Positions 34,424 to 46,800 of a stretch of 64,000 nucleotides of DNA are shown here, piece after piece. The first letter of the stretch is position 1; every line of letters begins with the position of its first letter. The notes below the pieces were generated by a model. The model worked only from the letters and a program-made list of their open reading frames with translations, did not search any database and was not told where the DNA came from. The stretch covers positions 248-64,247 of the forward strand of contig CAZTBU010000007.1 in NCBI GenBank assembly GCA_964612545.1, read 5' to 3'. The stretch comes from an uncultured Clostridia bacterium. Lineage in GTDB: Bacteria > Bacillota > Clostridia > Christensenellales > Borkfalkiaceae. A program made the position numbers and the translations under genes.

Positions 34424-36018
34424 AGACAGAAAATGTATGGCCTGAGCGCATTGTCGCTTTTTCGGGCACAGAGAACGAATCCGGACTTTTGCGGCCCTCC
34501 GCCCTGCAGATCGGCCTCGGGCAGGAAAAGACGGCTGCGATTCTGCCGCATGGCTACCTCATCCTCGATTACGGGAGAGAGATCGTCGGCGGCGTCAGGC
34601 TGCTTTCCTATTTTTCGGAGAAGGAAGTGCCCGTGCGGCTGCGCTTCGGGGAATCCGTCGCCGAGGTCTGCGCCGAAATCGGAGAAAAGAACGCGACGAA
34701 CGACCACGCCGTCCGCGACTTCCGTTTGGCGATCCCGCAACTTTCCGGCGGCGTTTACGGGGATACGGGTTTCCGCTTCCTGCGCATCGATGCGGAGGAG
34801 AAACTTTTGCTCACTGCCGCCGTGGCCGTCGATCATCGCTGCGATTTTCCCGTCACGGGGTCCTTTCTGTGCGATGACGGCCGCGTCAACGAGATTTACT
34901 CCACGGCGCGGGAGACCCTTTTCTGTTGCGTACAGAACGGCTATATCTGGGACGGCGTCAAGCGGGACCGTCTTGTGTGGATCGGGGACCTTCACCCCGA
35001 ACTCATGGGGCTCCTCGCGACGGTAGGCGACTGTGAAAATATTGCGAACAGTCTCCGTTTTGCCATGTTGCAGACGCCTCTCCCCGGCTGGATTGACGGT
35101 ATTCCCGCCTATTCGCTCTGGTGGATCGTGGAATTGCACGACTACTATGCACAGACGGGCAACTATGCGCTTCTGAAGGAGCTGTCGGACTATTTTGCCC
35201 GTCTCCTCCGCCAAATCGATCTCTTTGTAAAGGAGGACGGGGAGACTGTTTTCCCCTATAATTTCCTTGACTGGCAGACCCACGGCAAGGAGGATGAACT
35301 TGCGGGGCAGGAGGGGCTTTTGGCGCTTGCCATGAAGAAAGCCGTGCGGCTTTCGGAAATTCTGGAAATCGGAACGCCGGCGGAAGAGATCCTTTCCCGC
35401 GTCCGCCGCCGCCGCAAACAAGTCAAAACAAGCAAGCAGGCGGGGGCCTTGCGCTTTCTCGCGGGGCTTTCCTCCGCGGGCGAAACCGAATCGCTCCTTT
35501 TGAAGGACGGCGCGAAGGGGTTTTCCACCTTTATGAGTTACTATATCCTGCGTTCGCTTGCGGAATGCGGCAGGGGGCGGGAGGCGCTCGGCCTCATGAA
35601 GGAATATTACGGCGGCATGCTCGACGCGGGCGCGAGAACGTTTTGGGAGGACTATTCCACCGACTGGAAGGGCGGCCGCATCGACTGTCTCCCCGCAGAG
35701 GGCGGAAAGGACATCCACGGCGACTTCGGCGCATACTGCTATCGGGGATACCGACATAGTCTGTGCCATGGGTGGTCATGCGGGCCGGTTCCCTTCCTGA
35801 TGCACACCGTTCTCGGCGTGAAAGTTCTGGACGTCGGTTGCAAAAAACTCGCCGTCCTGCCCGATCTTTGCGGGCTGGAGCATGCGGAGGGAACGTATCC
35901 CACGCCCTATGGTCCCGTGCATATCTCGCTCCGGAGCAGAGGGGAGGACACCGTGACGGAGATCTCGGCCCCCAAAGGCATTGAGATCGTAAGCGGCGGC
36001 ACAACGCTGCTTTCTTGA
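34420..36018 (+). CDS. GH78-like alpha-L-rhamnosidase (compact, six-hairpin catalytic core)
   Basis: VRLRFGESV...GDTGFRFLRID...FPVTGSFLCDDGRVNEIY...DGVKRDRLVWIGDL...TFWEDY...SLCHGWSCGPVPFL parallels Bac_rhamnosid N/6H motifs (D.P.R.ER.GW.GD; HGWS). Its start overlaps the upstream stop (ATGA). Confidence 0.7.
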   Translation: MKTENVWPERIVAFSGTENESGLLRPSALQIGLGQEKTAAILPHGYLILDYGREIVGGVRLLSYFSEKEVPVRLRFGESVAEVCAEIGEKNATNDHAVRDFRLAIPQLSGGVYGDTGFRFLRIDAEEKLLLTAAVAVDHRCDFPVTGSFLCDDGRVNEIYSTARETLFCCVQNGYIWDGVKRDRLVWIGDLHPELMGLLATVGDCENIANSLRFAMLQTPLPGWIDGIPAYSLWWIVELHDYYAQTGNYALLKELSDYFARLLRQIDLFVKEDGETVFPYNFLDWQTHGKEDELAGQEGLLALAMKKAVRLSEILEIGTPAEEILSRVRRRRKQVKTSKQAGALRFLAGLSSAGETESLLLKDGAKGFSTFMSYYILRSLAECGRGREALGLMKEYYGGMLDAGARTFWEDYSTDWKGGRIDCLPAEGGKDIHGDFGAYCYRGYRHSLCHGWSCGPVPFLMHTVLGVKVLDVGCKKLAVLPDLCGLEHAEGTYPTPYGPVHISLRSRGEDTVTEISAPKGIEIVSGGTTLLS

Positions 36019-36042
36019 AATTCGATAAAAGGAAAAAAAATT

Positions 36043-37341
36043 ATGATGAAAAAATGTTATGTAATCTTGCTTGCGGCGATTTTGTGTGCAGGCCTTTGCG
36101 CGGCCGGCTGTAATACGGAGAAGAACGTGGAAGAGGATCCGCCCTCCTCCGGATTGCCCGAAAATGAGCCCGAAAATGAGCCCGAAAATGAGCCCGAAAA
36201 TGAGCCCGAAAATGAGCCCGAAAAGGAAGAAATTATGGAATATAAAAAATATGATTTAAAGACGTATCTTACACCTTTCTGGGATGGGACAATCGTCTAC
36301 AACGAGACGCTTTGGTTCGCGGGGGAGGATGATTTTTCGGCTCCGCTCATGTATGCGCCCGACGAGATTCTCTCCGTCATGAGTTACGATCTTACCAAAA
36401 CATACCGTGAGGGAACGGACTACGTATGGGAGAAGGGAAGCAAGGAGATTTCTCTCCCCGAAGGTTCCGCCATCCCCCACATGACGTTTGACGAATACTA
36501 TTCGGGGCAGATGGAGAATATCGACGGCGGTTCGCTCTATTTCAGCGAAGGAAGCGACATTTCGAGCCGTCAGGTTGCCGTCACTTACCGCCACAGCGAT
36601 ACCGCCGCATGGACCATGCCCCGTATCGAGAAAGATAAATTTCCGAATACGTTCGAAAAGTTGGAAAAGGGGGAAAAGATTAACGTCGTCTTCTACGGCG
36701 ATTCCATTACCGTCGGCGCAAATTCGAGCAGTTATATTGGCTACGGCCCCTATGCCGAGAGCTATCCGGAAATGGTGAGTTCCTATATGCAAAGGCGATA
36801 TCCGTCCGCAACGGTCAATTATATCAATACGGCGGTGGGCGGAACCGATTCGAATTGGGGAAACGACGGAAAGATGAACCACGCGCTGGATAACGAGGAC
36901 GGCGGGGCACACTTCAAGACCCGCGTGCTCGACAAACAGCCCGATCTTCTCTTCATTGCCTTCGGCATGAACGACGGGCCTTCCGCGCAGAGCTACAAAT
37001 CGAACATCGCATCCATGATAGAGCGCGTGCGCGCGGAGTATCCCGGCGTTGAGATCATGCTCGTTTCCGGCATGACCGCAAATCCCGAGGCAAAAGGCTT
37101 CTACAATAAGGATTACGAGGCCTTTCAGGATGCGCTCATCGGACTTTCGGAAGAATACGGCGGGGTCGGCGTTTCAACCGTGCTGAACACGGTACGGAGT
37201 CTCGAAGGAAGTTCGCTCGGCAAACGTTTCCGTGACTGGACGGGAAACAACGTCAATCACCCCAACGATTTTATGGCCCGCGTCTATGCACAGACAATTC
37301 TGTACACGCTCTTCGGGCCGGATTATATCGGGTATATTTAA
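36043..37341 (+). CDS. SGNH/GDSL-family esterase lipoprotein (candidate glycan acetylesterase)
   Basis: Lipobox LCAAGC. (ENEP)5 linker. Block I VVFYGDSITVG. Block III FIAFGMNDG. C-terminal NHPND (Asp..His) block. Confidence 0.8.
   Translation: MMKKCYVILLAAILCAGLCAAGCNTEKNVEEDPPSSGLPENEPENEPENEPENEPENEPEKEEIMEYKKYDLKTYLTPFWDGTIVYNETLWFAGEDDFSAPLMYAPDEILSVMSYDLTKTYREGTDYVWEKGSKEISLPEGSAIPHMTFDEYYSGQMENIDGGSLYFSEGSDISSRQVAVTYRHSDTAAWTMPRIEKDKFPNTFEKLEKGEKINVVFYGDSITVGANSSSYIGYGPYAESYPEMVSSYMQRRYPSATVNYINTAVGGTDSNWGNDGKMNHALDNEDGGAHFKTRVLDKQPDLLFIAFGMNDGPSAQSYKSNIASMIERVRAEYPGVEIMLVSGMTANPEAKGFYNKDYEAFQDALIGLSEEYGGVGVSTVLNTVRSLEGSSLGKRFRDWTGNNVNHPNDFMARVYAQTILYTLFGPDYIGYI
36157..36216 (+). repeat. 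Five perfect tandem copies of the 12-mer CCCGAAAATGAG (encodes PENE repeats)
   Basis: Read directly from the sequence. In-frame linker directly after the lipobox. Confidence 0.95.
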
Positions 37342-37440
37342 CCGCGGAAAGGGCGGTGCGTTTCGCCCGCGGCGGCGGAAAGACACGGAAATGAAATACC
37401 CCGCGCGTTTTACGCGGGAATAATCCACGGGGGAACACGG

Positions 37441-37477
37441 AACAGGCCCGGAAGAATTTTTTTCGGGCCTGTTTTTC
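37441..37477 (+). terminator. Rho-independent terminator downstream of the SGNH esterase gene
   Basis: ACAGGCCCG (37442-37450) pairs with CGGGCCTGT (37464-37472), a perfect 9-bp stem, followed by TTTT. Confidence 0.75.
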
Positions 37478-37829
37478 CGTGCACCTCTTTTTTTGTTTGC
37501 GGATATGATGAAGTAGGCCCGCAGTAACAAAAACACAAGAAATACCGCAATGAATTCCATTGTCAACCTTTCAAAAAAATCTTCGAATATGTCAAAAAGA
37601 TGTGATATTCAGTCGGTTTTTCTGTAATATATGCATATATTATGCATATATTTTATGTTTATTCACTTTCTTGCGGTATAATCCGAAAAAAGAGACAGGC
37701 CTGAAAAATTTATATTTATGAGACTCTGTTATGGATTTCGGTGGGAAAAAAGAGGGAAATGAAGGCAAAATATACAAAAAAATTATAATTTGTATAAGAA
37801 ATAATTATATAATAATGCATGAATTTTAT

Positions 37830-37859
37830 TTGACACAGAGAAAAATAAAATGGTATAAT
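37830..37859 (+). promoter_or_regulatory. Near-consensus SigA promoter of the giant LRR gene
   Basis: TTGACA (37830-37835), 18-nt spacer, extended -10 TGgTATAAT (37851-37859). AAAGGAGAAG RBS before the ATG at 37890. Embedded in a strongly AT-rich ~330-bp island. Confidence 0.7.
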
Positions 37860-37889
37860 ATATAAAAGTTCCAAAAAGGAGAAGTATCC

Positions 37890-40800
37890 ATGAAACGCAA
37901 GCTTGTGACGGTTCTCGGTCTACTGTTCTCGTTGATCGGCGCTTTTGCCATTGTTACGGCGTGCAAAGGAACCGATGAAGAAAACCCCGACGGCAACGGC
38001 GCGTTAAATCATGCCGTCGTCGACGAGTATTATTACGACGGCGACGGAACGGAATATTTGATTTCGCTGCGTACGGAAAATTATTTCACATATGTGATTG
38101 CGGGAGACCGGGCAGAGGGGAAATATACTTTGGAAAAAGGTGCGCTTACGCTGATCCCGGACGGCGGGGAGGCGGTCAGCGGCACTATCTCCGGCAATAT
38201 TCTTCATCTTACATACAGGGAGACCGCCTATAATTTTCTCCTGAAGGTAGATTATACGGTCCATTTCGAGACGATGGGGGGTTCTCCCGTTGCGGACGCA
38301 AAGGTTTTAAACGGGAAGAAGGTTGCAAGGCCCGTGGATCCCTCACAGGCGGGGAAAGTCTTTGTCGGGTGGTATACGGACGAATCTTTCCATAACGCTT
38401 ATCACTTTACGGAGCCCGTCACGGGTGAGCTTACCCTTTACGCGCGCTTTGTTGCGCCCATCGACCCCGAATTTACCGTCTCTTTCGACGCGGGCGCGGG
38501 CGCGGAAACATTCGGGCCCCGCACGACGACGGGCGGCATGCTCTTCGATCTTCCCGTGCCCGTGAAGGAGGGCGCAAAATTCGTCGGTTGGTATGTTTCC
38601 CAATCTTATTCGGCGGATGAACTTTCGTATGCCTATGACGAACAGCCCATCGAAGAGAATATCACGCTCTACGCCGTTTGGGACGACGGTTCTCCCGTCG
38701 TGTCCGTAAGCGGCAGCGGAGTAGATATCCAAACCAGCCCCGGCGACCGCTATTCCATCACCATTACCGGGCCCGACGGCAATGCGGAAGTCAACAATGG
38801 GACGGGTACTTCCCGGCACTATGATTTCGATTTTACTTCCAAGGCGGCAGGCCGCTACAAGGTAGAAGTTACGCTCAATCAAAAGACCACGACCCGTTAT
38901 TACTGCAACAAGACGCTCGCACGCGTCTCCGTGTTCAAGGTCGAGGGCTCCACTTTGTTCTTTAACGCGGTCGGGAATGCAACGAGCTACTATCTTACGG
39001 CCGTTTGCGGCACACCGGGCCATGCGCAGAAAGAAACCAGAATGTCCATCGACCCCGGGGTCCGCAGTTGGTTCTTCGGGGAATGCGAGATGCCCGAAGA
39101 CGGCTTCAAATTCACCGTAGAAGCCGAAGCGGACGGCTATATTTCCTCCACTTCGGAGACATATACTTTTGACCGCACGCTCGGCGCGGTAGAAGGGCTT
39201 ACCGTCATTGCGGAGTCCGAGACCGTGACATGGAACGCGGTCGGGAATGCGTCCTCTTATTCTGTCACAATCGAGAAGGACGGCGAGGAGGTCTATTCCG
39301 CAAACGTCGGCAGCGCGACCTCGTTCGATCTCAGATATTACGACGCGGCAAACTATACCGTCAAGGTACAGCCCAATGCGCGCGGGTGGAAATCGCCCGA
39401 ACCCACAGTCTACACATATCAGAAGACCCGCCTTGCGACGCCGAAGGCTCCCGTCTACGACGGCGGCGCCCTCTCATGGGAAGCCGTCAATGGCGCCACG
39501 GGGTATGTCGTCACGATCGACGGAAAAACGTATACGAGCAAAACGAACACGCTCTCCCTTACGGAAGTCAGTCTCGACGCCTCGGTCACGGACCATAAGA
39601 TTACCGTCCGCGCGGAGGCCGAAAACTTTGCCGCATCCCTCGAATCGGATGTGCTTACGCTCAGCTCCGCCCTCGGCGGCCTTACCTACAGTAAGGGCGT
39701 GCTTTCGTGGAACTCCGTCCTCGGCGTTACGGAATATCTCGTGACGGTTGACGGCGGTGACCCCCAACGCGTCGGTGAGGCACGCTACGACGTTACATTC
39801 TCGCATGCGGGCGAGAATAAACTCTCCGTCTCCGCGGCAAGCGGCGACTTCGCACCCATGGAAATCACGGTGTTCGTCTATACGCTTACCTATAATATGG
39901 ATAAGGCGGAGGCGGCGCCGCACGCGGTTTATTATCTCGCGGCGGGCGATCCCATTCCCCGTCCCGAAGCTCCCACGTATTACGGCTACACGTTTGACAA
40001 TTGGTACACCGCACCCGGTTCGGGCGGCGAGGAATTCAGCGACATCTATTTCGGCGGGCAGGATCTCACCGTCTACGCGGGCTGGACGGCGAATGTCCAC
40101 ACGATCACCTTCGTCGTCGGCGCCTACAGCGACCAAAACATAGAGAGCGTTCAAGTCCGTTTCGGCGAGAAGGTGGATATCAACGGAAAAGCACTTCCCG
40201 TTCCCGAATCCAACAACGCCAATCGCGTATTCTCGGGCTGGCACTTTGAGAGCGACGCGGGCATCCAAATCGCCGACTTCGAAGGCAAGTTCATCGGGGC
40301 GTTTTTGCAGGACAATGATGTAACTCTCTATGCTTCCTATGCGGAAGTGTTCGCCTTTGCAAAAGACCCCGCGTCGAAGGACGGATATACCGTGTCGAAA
40401 GGTCCCGGTATCATTCAGGGAATCGTGACCCACGCAAGGGTTCCCGAAAGGTACGGCACGGCGCCCGTCACGGGGCTTTCCGATTTCAAGAACTGCACCA
40501 AACTCGAAACGCTCGATATTCCGGATACGATCATGACCATCGTGAGCGGCACGGAAAACTCGGCATTCACGGGGTGTTCTTCCCTCTATGCGGTCAACGT
40601 CTATGCCGTCAGGCCCGATTTGGCGGTATTCAGCTCGGATGAAGGCGTTCTCATCAGAAAGGTTGAGGCTACGTCCAAGACGGAACTCTTCTTCTTCCCC
40701 GCCGCGAAGTCGGGCGAATACACGATTCCCGATGAAGTCACGGCCATTCCGTCGGGCGCATTCACCAGGACCAACGCGCTCAATAAACTCAACATCGGCA

Positions 40801-43800
40801 AAAACGTCACAGAGATCCAGACACAGGCCTTCAATACCTGCGATGGACTCACGGAGATCGTATTCCTCCCCGGCGGCCATGCCGATCTCGATATCCGCGA
40901 AGGCGCATTCTCGAATTGCAAAAAGGTTGCAGTCATTACCCTTCCCGCGCGTATCAAGGAGATCGCGGCCGATACGTTCGCGGATCTGGCGGGCCTTCTC
41001 GAATTCAAAATAGAGGACGGCGGAGCCTACTCCGTCATCGACGGGCTTATCTGCAAGGAATATAATGACGGGCAGGTAATAGGAAAAGAGATCGTAGCCG
41101 TGCCGATCGGAAGGGATTTCGGAAATTACGAACTTCCCCACGGCGTCGTCTCCGTCGGCGAAAGCGCCTTCTACGGCTCCTCCAAACTTACCGGCCTCAC
41201 CGTTCCGGGCGCAGTCGTCAATATTTCCTCCAAGGCCTTCGGGCACGTGTCCAAACTCGAGTCCATCGATTTCAGGGGCACGGAGAGCGATTTTGATCTG
41301 ACCATTGCGGATAAGGCTTTCTATGCCGGTTATGTATCATCGTCCAATGCCGATACGGGCGTGCAGGATAAACTGAAGGAACTTCATCTGCCCGCAAACC
41401 TTACCTATCTCGGGCAGTATTCCTTCGGCAGATATTCCGGACTTACCGAAGTATGGATCACGACCAAGCGCCCGCAGGGCACGGCGATCGACTTCAGGGA
41501 GGGCGCATTTTCGAGCGAGAGCGGCGATAAGTTCTATGTCACCACGGCGCATATCGGCGCGGATTGCCCCGCATTCTCCTATTCGGGCGTTTTCGGCAAC
41601 AAGCTTGCCAACGTGGATATTGATGTGAATAATCCTTACGTCCAGTCCGATGATGACGTCATTTACGATAAGGTGGGGGATAAGGAAGAAAAGCAACACA
41701 TCCTCTTCTACCCCATGGAGAAAGAGGGCGATTTTACCGTTCCCGAAACCGTCATCGAGATCGGCGCGTCCACGTTTGCGGCAAGAAACGGGCTCACCGG
41801 AATCACGATCCCCGTTTCCGTCGCAAGCATAGGCGACAGTGCGTTCTACAACTGTAAAGAACTTCAGACCGTTACGTTCACGGGGGCGGATAAGGATGAA
41901 GGCGAACCCCTCACAATCGGCGCCTTTGCCTTCAAAAATTGCACGAAACTTTCTTCGGTCACGCTTCCCGCCCGCCTCACAACGATCGGCCGTGAGGCAT
42001 TCCGCAATTGCGACGGGCTGACCGAAATCGAACTTCCCAAAAACCTGCAAACAATCGAAAAGGGAAGTGTCGGAACGGGCACGGCGCAAGTGGAAATTTT
42101 CGATGTTTTCCTGAATTGCAATAACCTGAAGTCGCTCACCGTCCATCCCGATAACCAATACTTTACAAGTATCGACAGCGTTCTGTATCAGCTCAAAGAG
42201 ATGAAAAAGAGTGAGGGCGGGGAACTCGAGCGCGTTCCCTACGAGGCGCTCTTCACCTCTCCCGGCGCGGAAGGGAAGATCACCGTGCCCGGCACCGTCC
42301 ACATCTTCGGCCGCGGCGCATTCAAGGACATCAACAAGGTGACGGAGATCGTATTCGAGGATATTGTTCCTCTCTATGACGCAACGGGCGAACCGGATAA
42401 TACCTACGACTTCCGGCCGAGAGCGCTCGACGGATACAGGACGGATGCGAATGAAGGAAACGGATACTATAACACGAGCGTCAAGACCATAAGGCTTCCC
42501 GACGGCCTCGAGACGATAGGCGATGAATTCCTCTGCGATTGGAGGGGCCTTACTTCGGTTACCATCCCGAAGACGGTGACGAGCATCCATGCCAAGGCCT
42601 TCTCCGGATGCTGGAATATCACCTCGTTCGAGTTCGAGCAGGGCGGAGTCAAACCTCTCTCCTTTGAAAACGGAGTGGTGGAATCCAACGGAGGAGGAGG
42701 TTATGTCGCTAATCAATACTACTATGTTTTCGGGCACTACTATCAGACCGACAACGCCGCAAGCAACAAGGATGATACGATGAAAATCGACAGCATCGTT
42801 CTGCCTTCCCGCACCGTGCTGATCGGCGACTATACGTTCTACCGTTCGCCCGTGAAGAGCATTACCTTCGACGGCGACCCCGCCTATCTGAACGGGGCGG
42901 ACGGCGGCGCGGAAGGGGCGAAGGGCGGGCTCCGTATCGGAAAATACGCTTTCTCCTATTGCCAAAATCTCGTGGACTTCAATCTCCCCGAAAACACCGC
43001 CGAAATCGGAGGGTCTGCTTTCGCCTATGCGGTGCTCAACAGACTCGAGCTTCCCGAATCTCTCGTGACCATCGGCGACGATGCATTCAGGTACCTGCAC
43101 CTCACGGAAGCGCAGGATACGCTTGTCATTCCCGGAAATGTGGAGACGATCGGGCAATGCGCCTTCCGCGATGAGTATGGTTACCGCTGCTTCAGGACGG
43201 TGGACCTCTCGCAGGCGTCAAAGCTTACTTCGGTCGGCGACTATGCCTTCGGGACCATGAAGGAACTCGAGACGGTCACATTCGCCGCGGCGGCGGAGGA
43301 ATCCCCCGCACTCACACTCGGAACCGGTGCGTTCTGGGAGAATCCGCGCCTTAAGTCAGTGGAGTTTCCCGCAAATATTTCCGTGATCGGGGACTATGCC
43401 TTCAAAAGCGATACCGCTTTGGAGAGCATTACCTTTGCGGCATACGGCCGGGACCTGAAAGATGAAGGAAAGACCAAGCTCAAGCAGATCGGAAGGGAAG
43501 CCTTTTCCGGCACCGCGATAGGGGAGTTTGCCTTCCCCGAGTCCACGGAGGCCGAGATCAAGCTCGGACAGAGTCTCTTTAAATTCTGCCGCGAGCTCAC
43601 CGTCGTGACGCTCTCTACGTCCGTCCACTCGATCGACAGCGTCTTTACCGGTTGCGGCAGTCTTAAAAGGATCGAGGTCGCGGAGGGCAGTAAGTATTTC
43701 TCCTCTTCCACACAAGAGGACTTCCCCGCGCTGTTCGATGCGAACGGAGAGTCCGTCCTGTTCGTGTATTCGGCGGTGGAGGGAGAATTCGAGATCGTCA

Positions 43801-46800
43801 GCGGTACGAGGATCGGCTCGCACGCATTCGAGAATCAGGTGGGCCTGACGAAGGTCACCATCGCCGCCTCCGTGCAGGAAATCGGCGCCAACGCTTTTGC
43901 GGGTTGCACCAATCTCGTAGCGGTGGAATTTAAGTCGGGCAGTGTGCTTACCGACCTCGGCGACAATGCGTTTTCGGACTGCCATAGCCTGACAAACATC
44001 AATCTGAATACATGCAGCCGCCTCACAACGGTGGGTTCATCTGCGTTCTTGTACTGCTATTCGCTGGAGCGCATGGTGCTTCCGTCCGCAGTAACGTCCA
44101 TAGGTAAACAGGCATTCGAAGATACGGGCGTAACAGAGATAGATCTTTCGGCCTGCGCCACCCTTGAAACGATCGGGGATAGCGCGATGCAGAATACCGT
44201 CAACCTCAAGACCGTGAAACTTCCCGCCGCATTGACCACGCTCGGGGCTAAAATGTTCACGGGTTCGGGCCTCGTAACCGTCGATTTCTCGAAGACCGCG
44301 CTTACGGTCCTCGGAAGCAGCACTTTCTCGGACTGCGTCCTGCTGGAGAGCGTCAAACTTCCCGACAGCCTTGTATTCCTCGGGACCAATACGTTCAGCG
44401 GTTGCACCGCATTGAAGGAGATCGATCTCTCCAATACGTCCGTGGAGCATCTTTCCGATAAGAAGGGACAGGTGCAGGTGAGTACGACGAGTTTGAACCT
44501 GTTCAACAAGTGCGCGGCCCTTACGAAGGTGACATTCCCCGCGGGGCTTAAGTCCATCGGATACAATGCCTTCTCCGGTGCGCCCGCCCTCGAAGAGATC
44601 TGTATCGGGGACGGCGAAGCAAACGACTTCTCCGCCATCGAAACGATGGTTTACAGCGCCTTTGCGGGCAGCAGTCTCACGCACGTAAAACTTTCGGGCA
44701 AGACCGCTTTTAAGGAAAAGAAGGGATCGGGAAGCGGTTCGAGCGAGAAGCATTACGGCACGTTTACGGAATGCAACGCGCTGGAGAAAGTCGAATGGAC
44801 GGAAGCTGCGTCCCTCACGAAGATCGGCGAAGACATGTTCTTCCGCTGCACGAGTCTTACGGAGTTCGATTTCACGCAACTCAAGGGCCTCACAAAAATC
44901 GGCAAAAATGCATTCCGCGGTTGCGAATCGTTGGCCGCGGCCGACCTCTCGGTGTGTGCCGGCGGGGCGGATCTTCTCAAGGAAGATGAGATCTTCGAGG
45001 ATTGCACGTCGCTTTCTTCGGTAAAGCTTCCCACAACCGCAACCACATTCGGCAAGTACACTTTCAGCAATACGGGCTTTGAAACGCTCGATCTTTCGGC
45101 CTTCAAGGATATCTCCGAATGGGGCTCTTACACCTTCTCGGAGTGCGTGGGCCTTACGGAATTGAATATCCCCGATTCCGTCAAGTTGGGCGAATATATG
45201 TTTGCGGATTGTACCTCGCTTCAGAAGGTGACCTTTGAGGACGACTATGAGGGCGACCTTCCCTCCAATATGTTCAGGGGCTGCACGTCGCTCAGGGAGG
45301 TGCATCTCCCGAAGGATTTCGGCAAGAAGCTTCCCAACTCCATGTTCGCCAACTGCTCCGCTCTTACGGACATCAACCTCAATGAGACGAAGATTTCCGA
45401 ATTCGGCAATAACATTTTCCAGAACTGCACTTCGCTCAGGGAGGCGGACCTCACCACCTGCACCGCAACCGCGCTCGGCTATCATATGTTCGACGGCTGT
45501 GAGGCACTCGAGTCGGTGAAGCTCCCCGATACGATCGATTACGTGAGCTCCTATACCTTCCAGAACTGCACCTCGCTCAGGGAGATCGACCTCTCCAATA
45601 CCAAGATTGACCGCTTCACCAGTAACACCAAAAAGGATCAGGATGTCTCGTACAGCACTGCTTCCTATATCTTTAACGGCTGTACGAACCTCGAGACGGT
45701 GAAACTGCCCGCCGGCGGTGTCACGCAGATCGGCGCGTATGCGTTCCAGAACTGCCTGAAGCTTACGCAAATCGAAAATCTGGACATCGGAGCGGTAACC
45801 GCCATCGGTAAATATGCGTTCGCGTATTGCCGATCCCTGTTCCAAAACCAAACGGTTGCGTTGAGCAGCGCCATTACCGTCCTCGGCGAGTATGCGTTCC
45901 TCGGCTGCGATTCGGTTGAGGCCTACAGCGCAAACGCTGCAAAAGTGGCAATGACGAGCCTTGCCGACACAGGATGCGTCAGCCTCTCGTCCCAAAACGG
46001 GTTCCTCATCGCCACGCCGTACAATGGAGGGGAGGAGGCTGTCTCCACCGTCATCGCGGCGCCCCTCCGCAGCAAGATCGCGGATGATACGCTCACATTG
46101 TCGGGAGAGAACGTGATCGGCCCGTACCTGTTCCAGAACTTCAGCGTCGACGGCGTCACCAAGCTCGATCTCTCCGCGGTAAATACCGAGACCATTCCCG
46201 TGCATTTGCTCGACGGTTCCTCGTTTGAGGAGATCATTCTGCCCGATACGGTCACTTCGATCGGGGATAATGCGTTCCAGAATTGCACGAAGCTGACGAA
46301 GATTACATTGCCCGCCGGTCTTACCGCAATCGGCAAATATGCGTTCGCGGGTTGCGTCAATCTCAAAACGGTGGAATTCGGTCAAAACAGTGTGCTTACC
46401 TCCATCGGCGACAACGCGTTCCAGAATTGCACGAACCTGACGGCAATCGTGCTTCCCGAAAACGTCAGCGGGCTCGGCGCGCACGTATTCGACGGCTGTA
46501 CGGCTTTGGCTTCGGTGCAACTTCCCGAAAGTCTGACCGCGATCGGGGAGTATGCGTTCATGGGAAGCAACCTTGCGCAGGGATTCACGATTCCCGAAAA
46601 CGTCGCTTCCATCGGCAACTTTGCATTCGCGCAAAGCAATATCACGGCGGTAACCTTTGAGGGGAATCCGCAGACGATCGGCAACAATCTGTTCAAGGGT
46701 TGCGCCTCTCTCGCCAAAGTGAACTTCGGGCCCTGCACAACGATAGGTGAAAGCGAGTTTGATTCGTCGGGGCTCCAAACGATCACGATTCCCGAAACGG

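Noticed and set aside
37174-37566. Minus-strand 130-aa ORF with a hydrophobic N-terminus (MEFIAVFLVFLLLRAYFII) and a GAAAGG RBS-like site
   Set aside because: It runs through the + strand terminator hairpin and overlaps 168 nt of the SGNH esterase gene. The remainder is basic low-complexity sequence. The hydrophobic start probably reflects AT-rich intergenic composition. A short real micro-protein cannot be excluded, but there is no in-frame stop that would define one.
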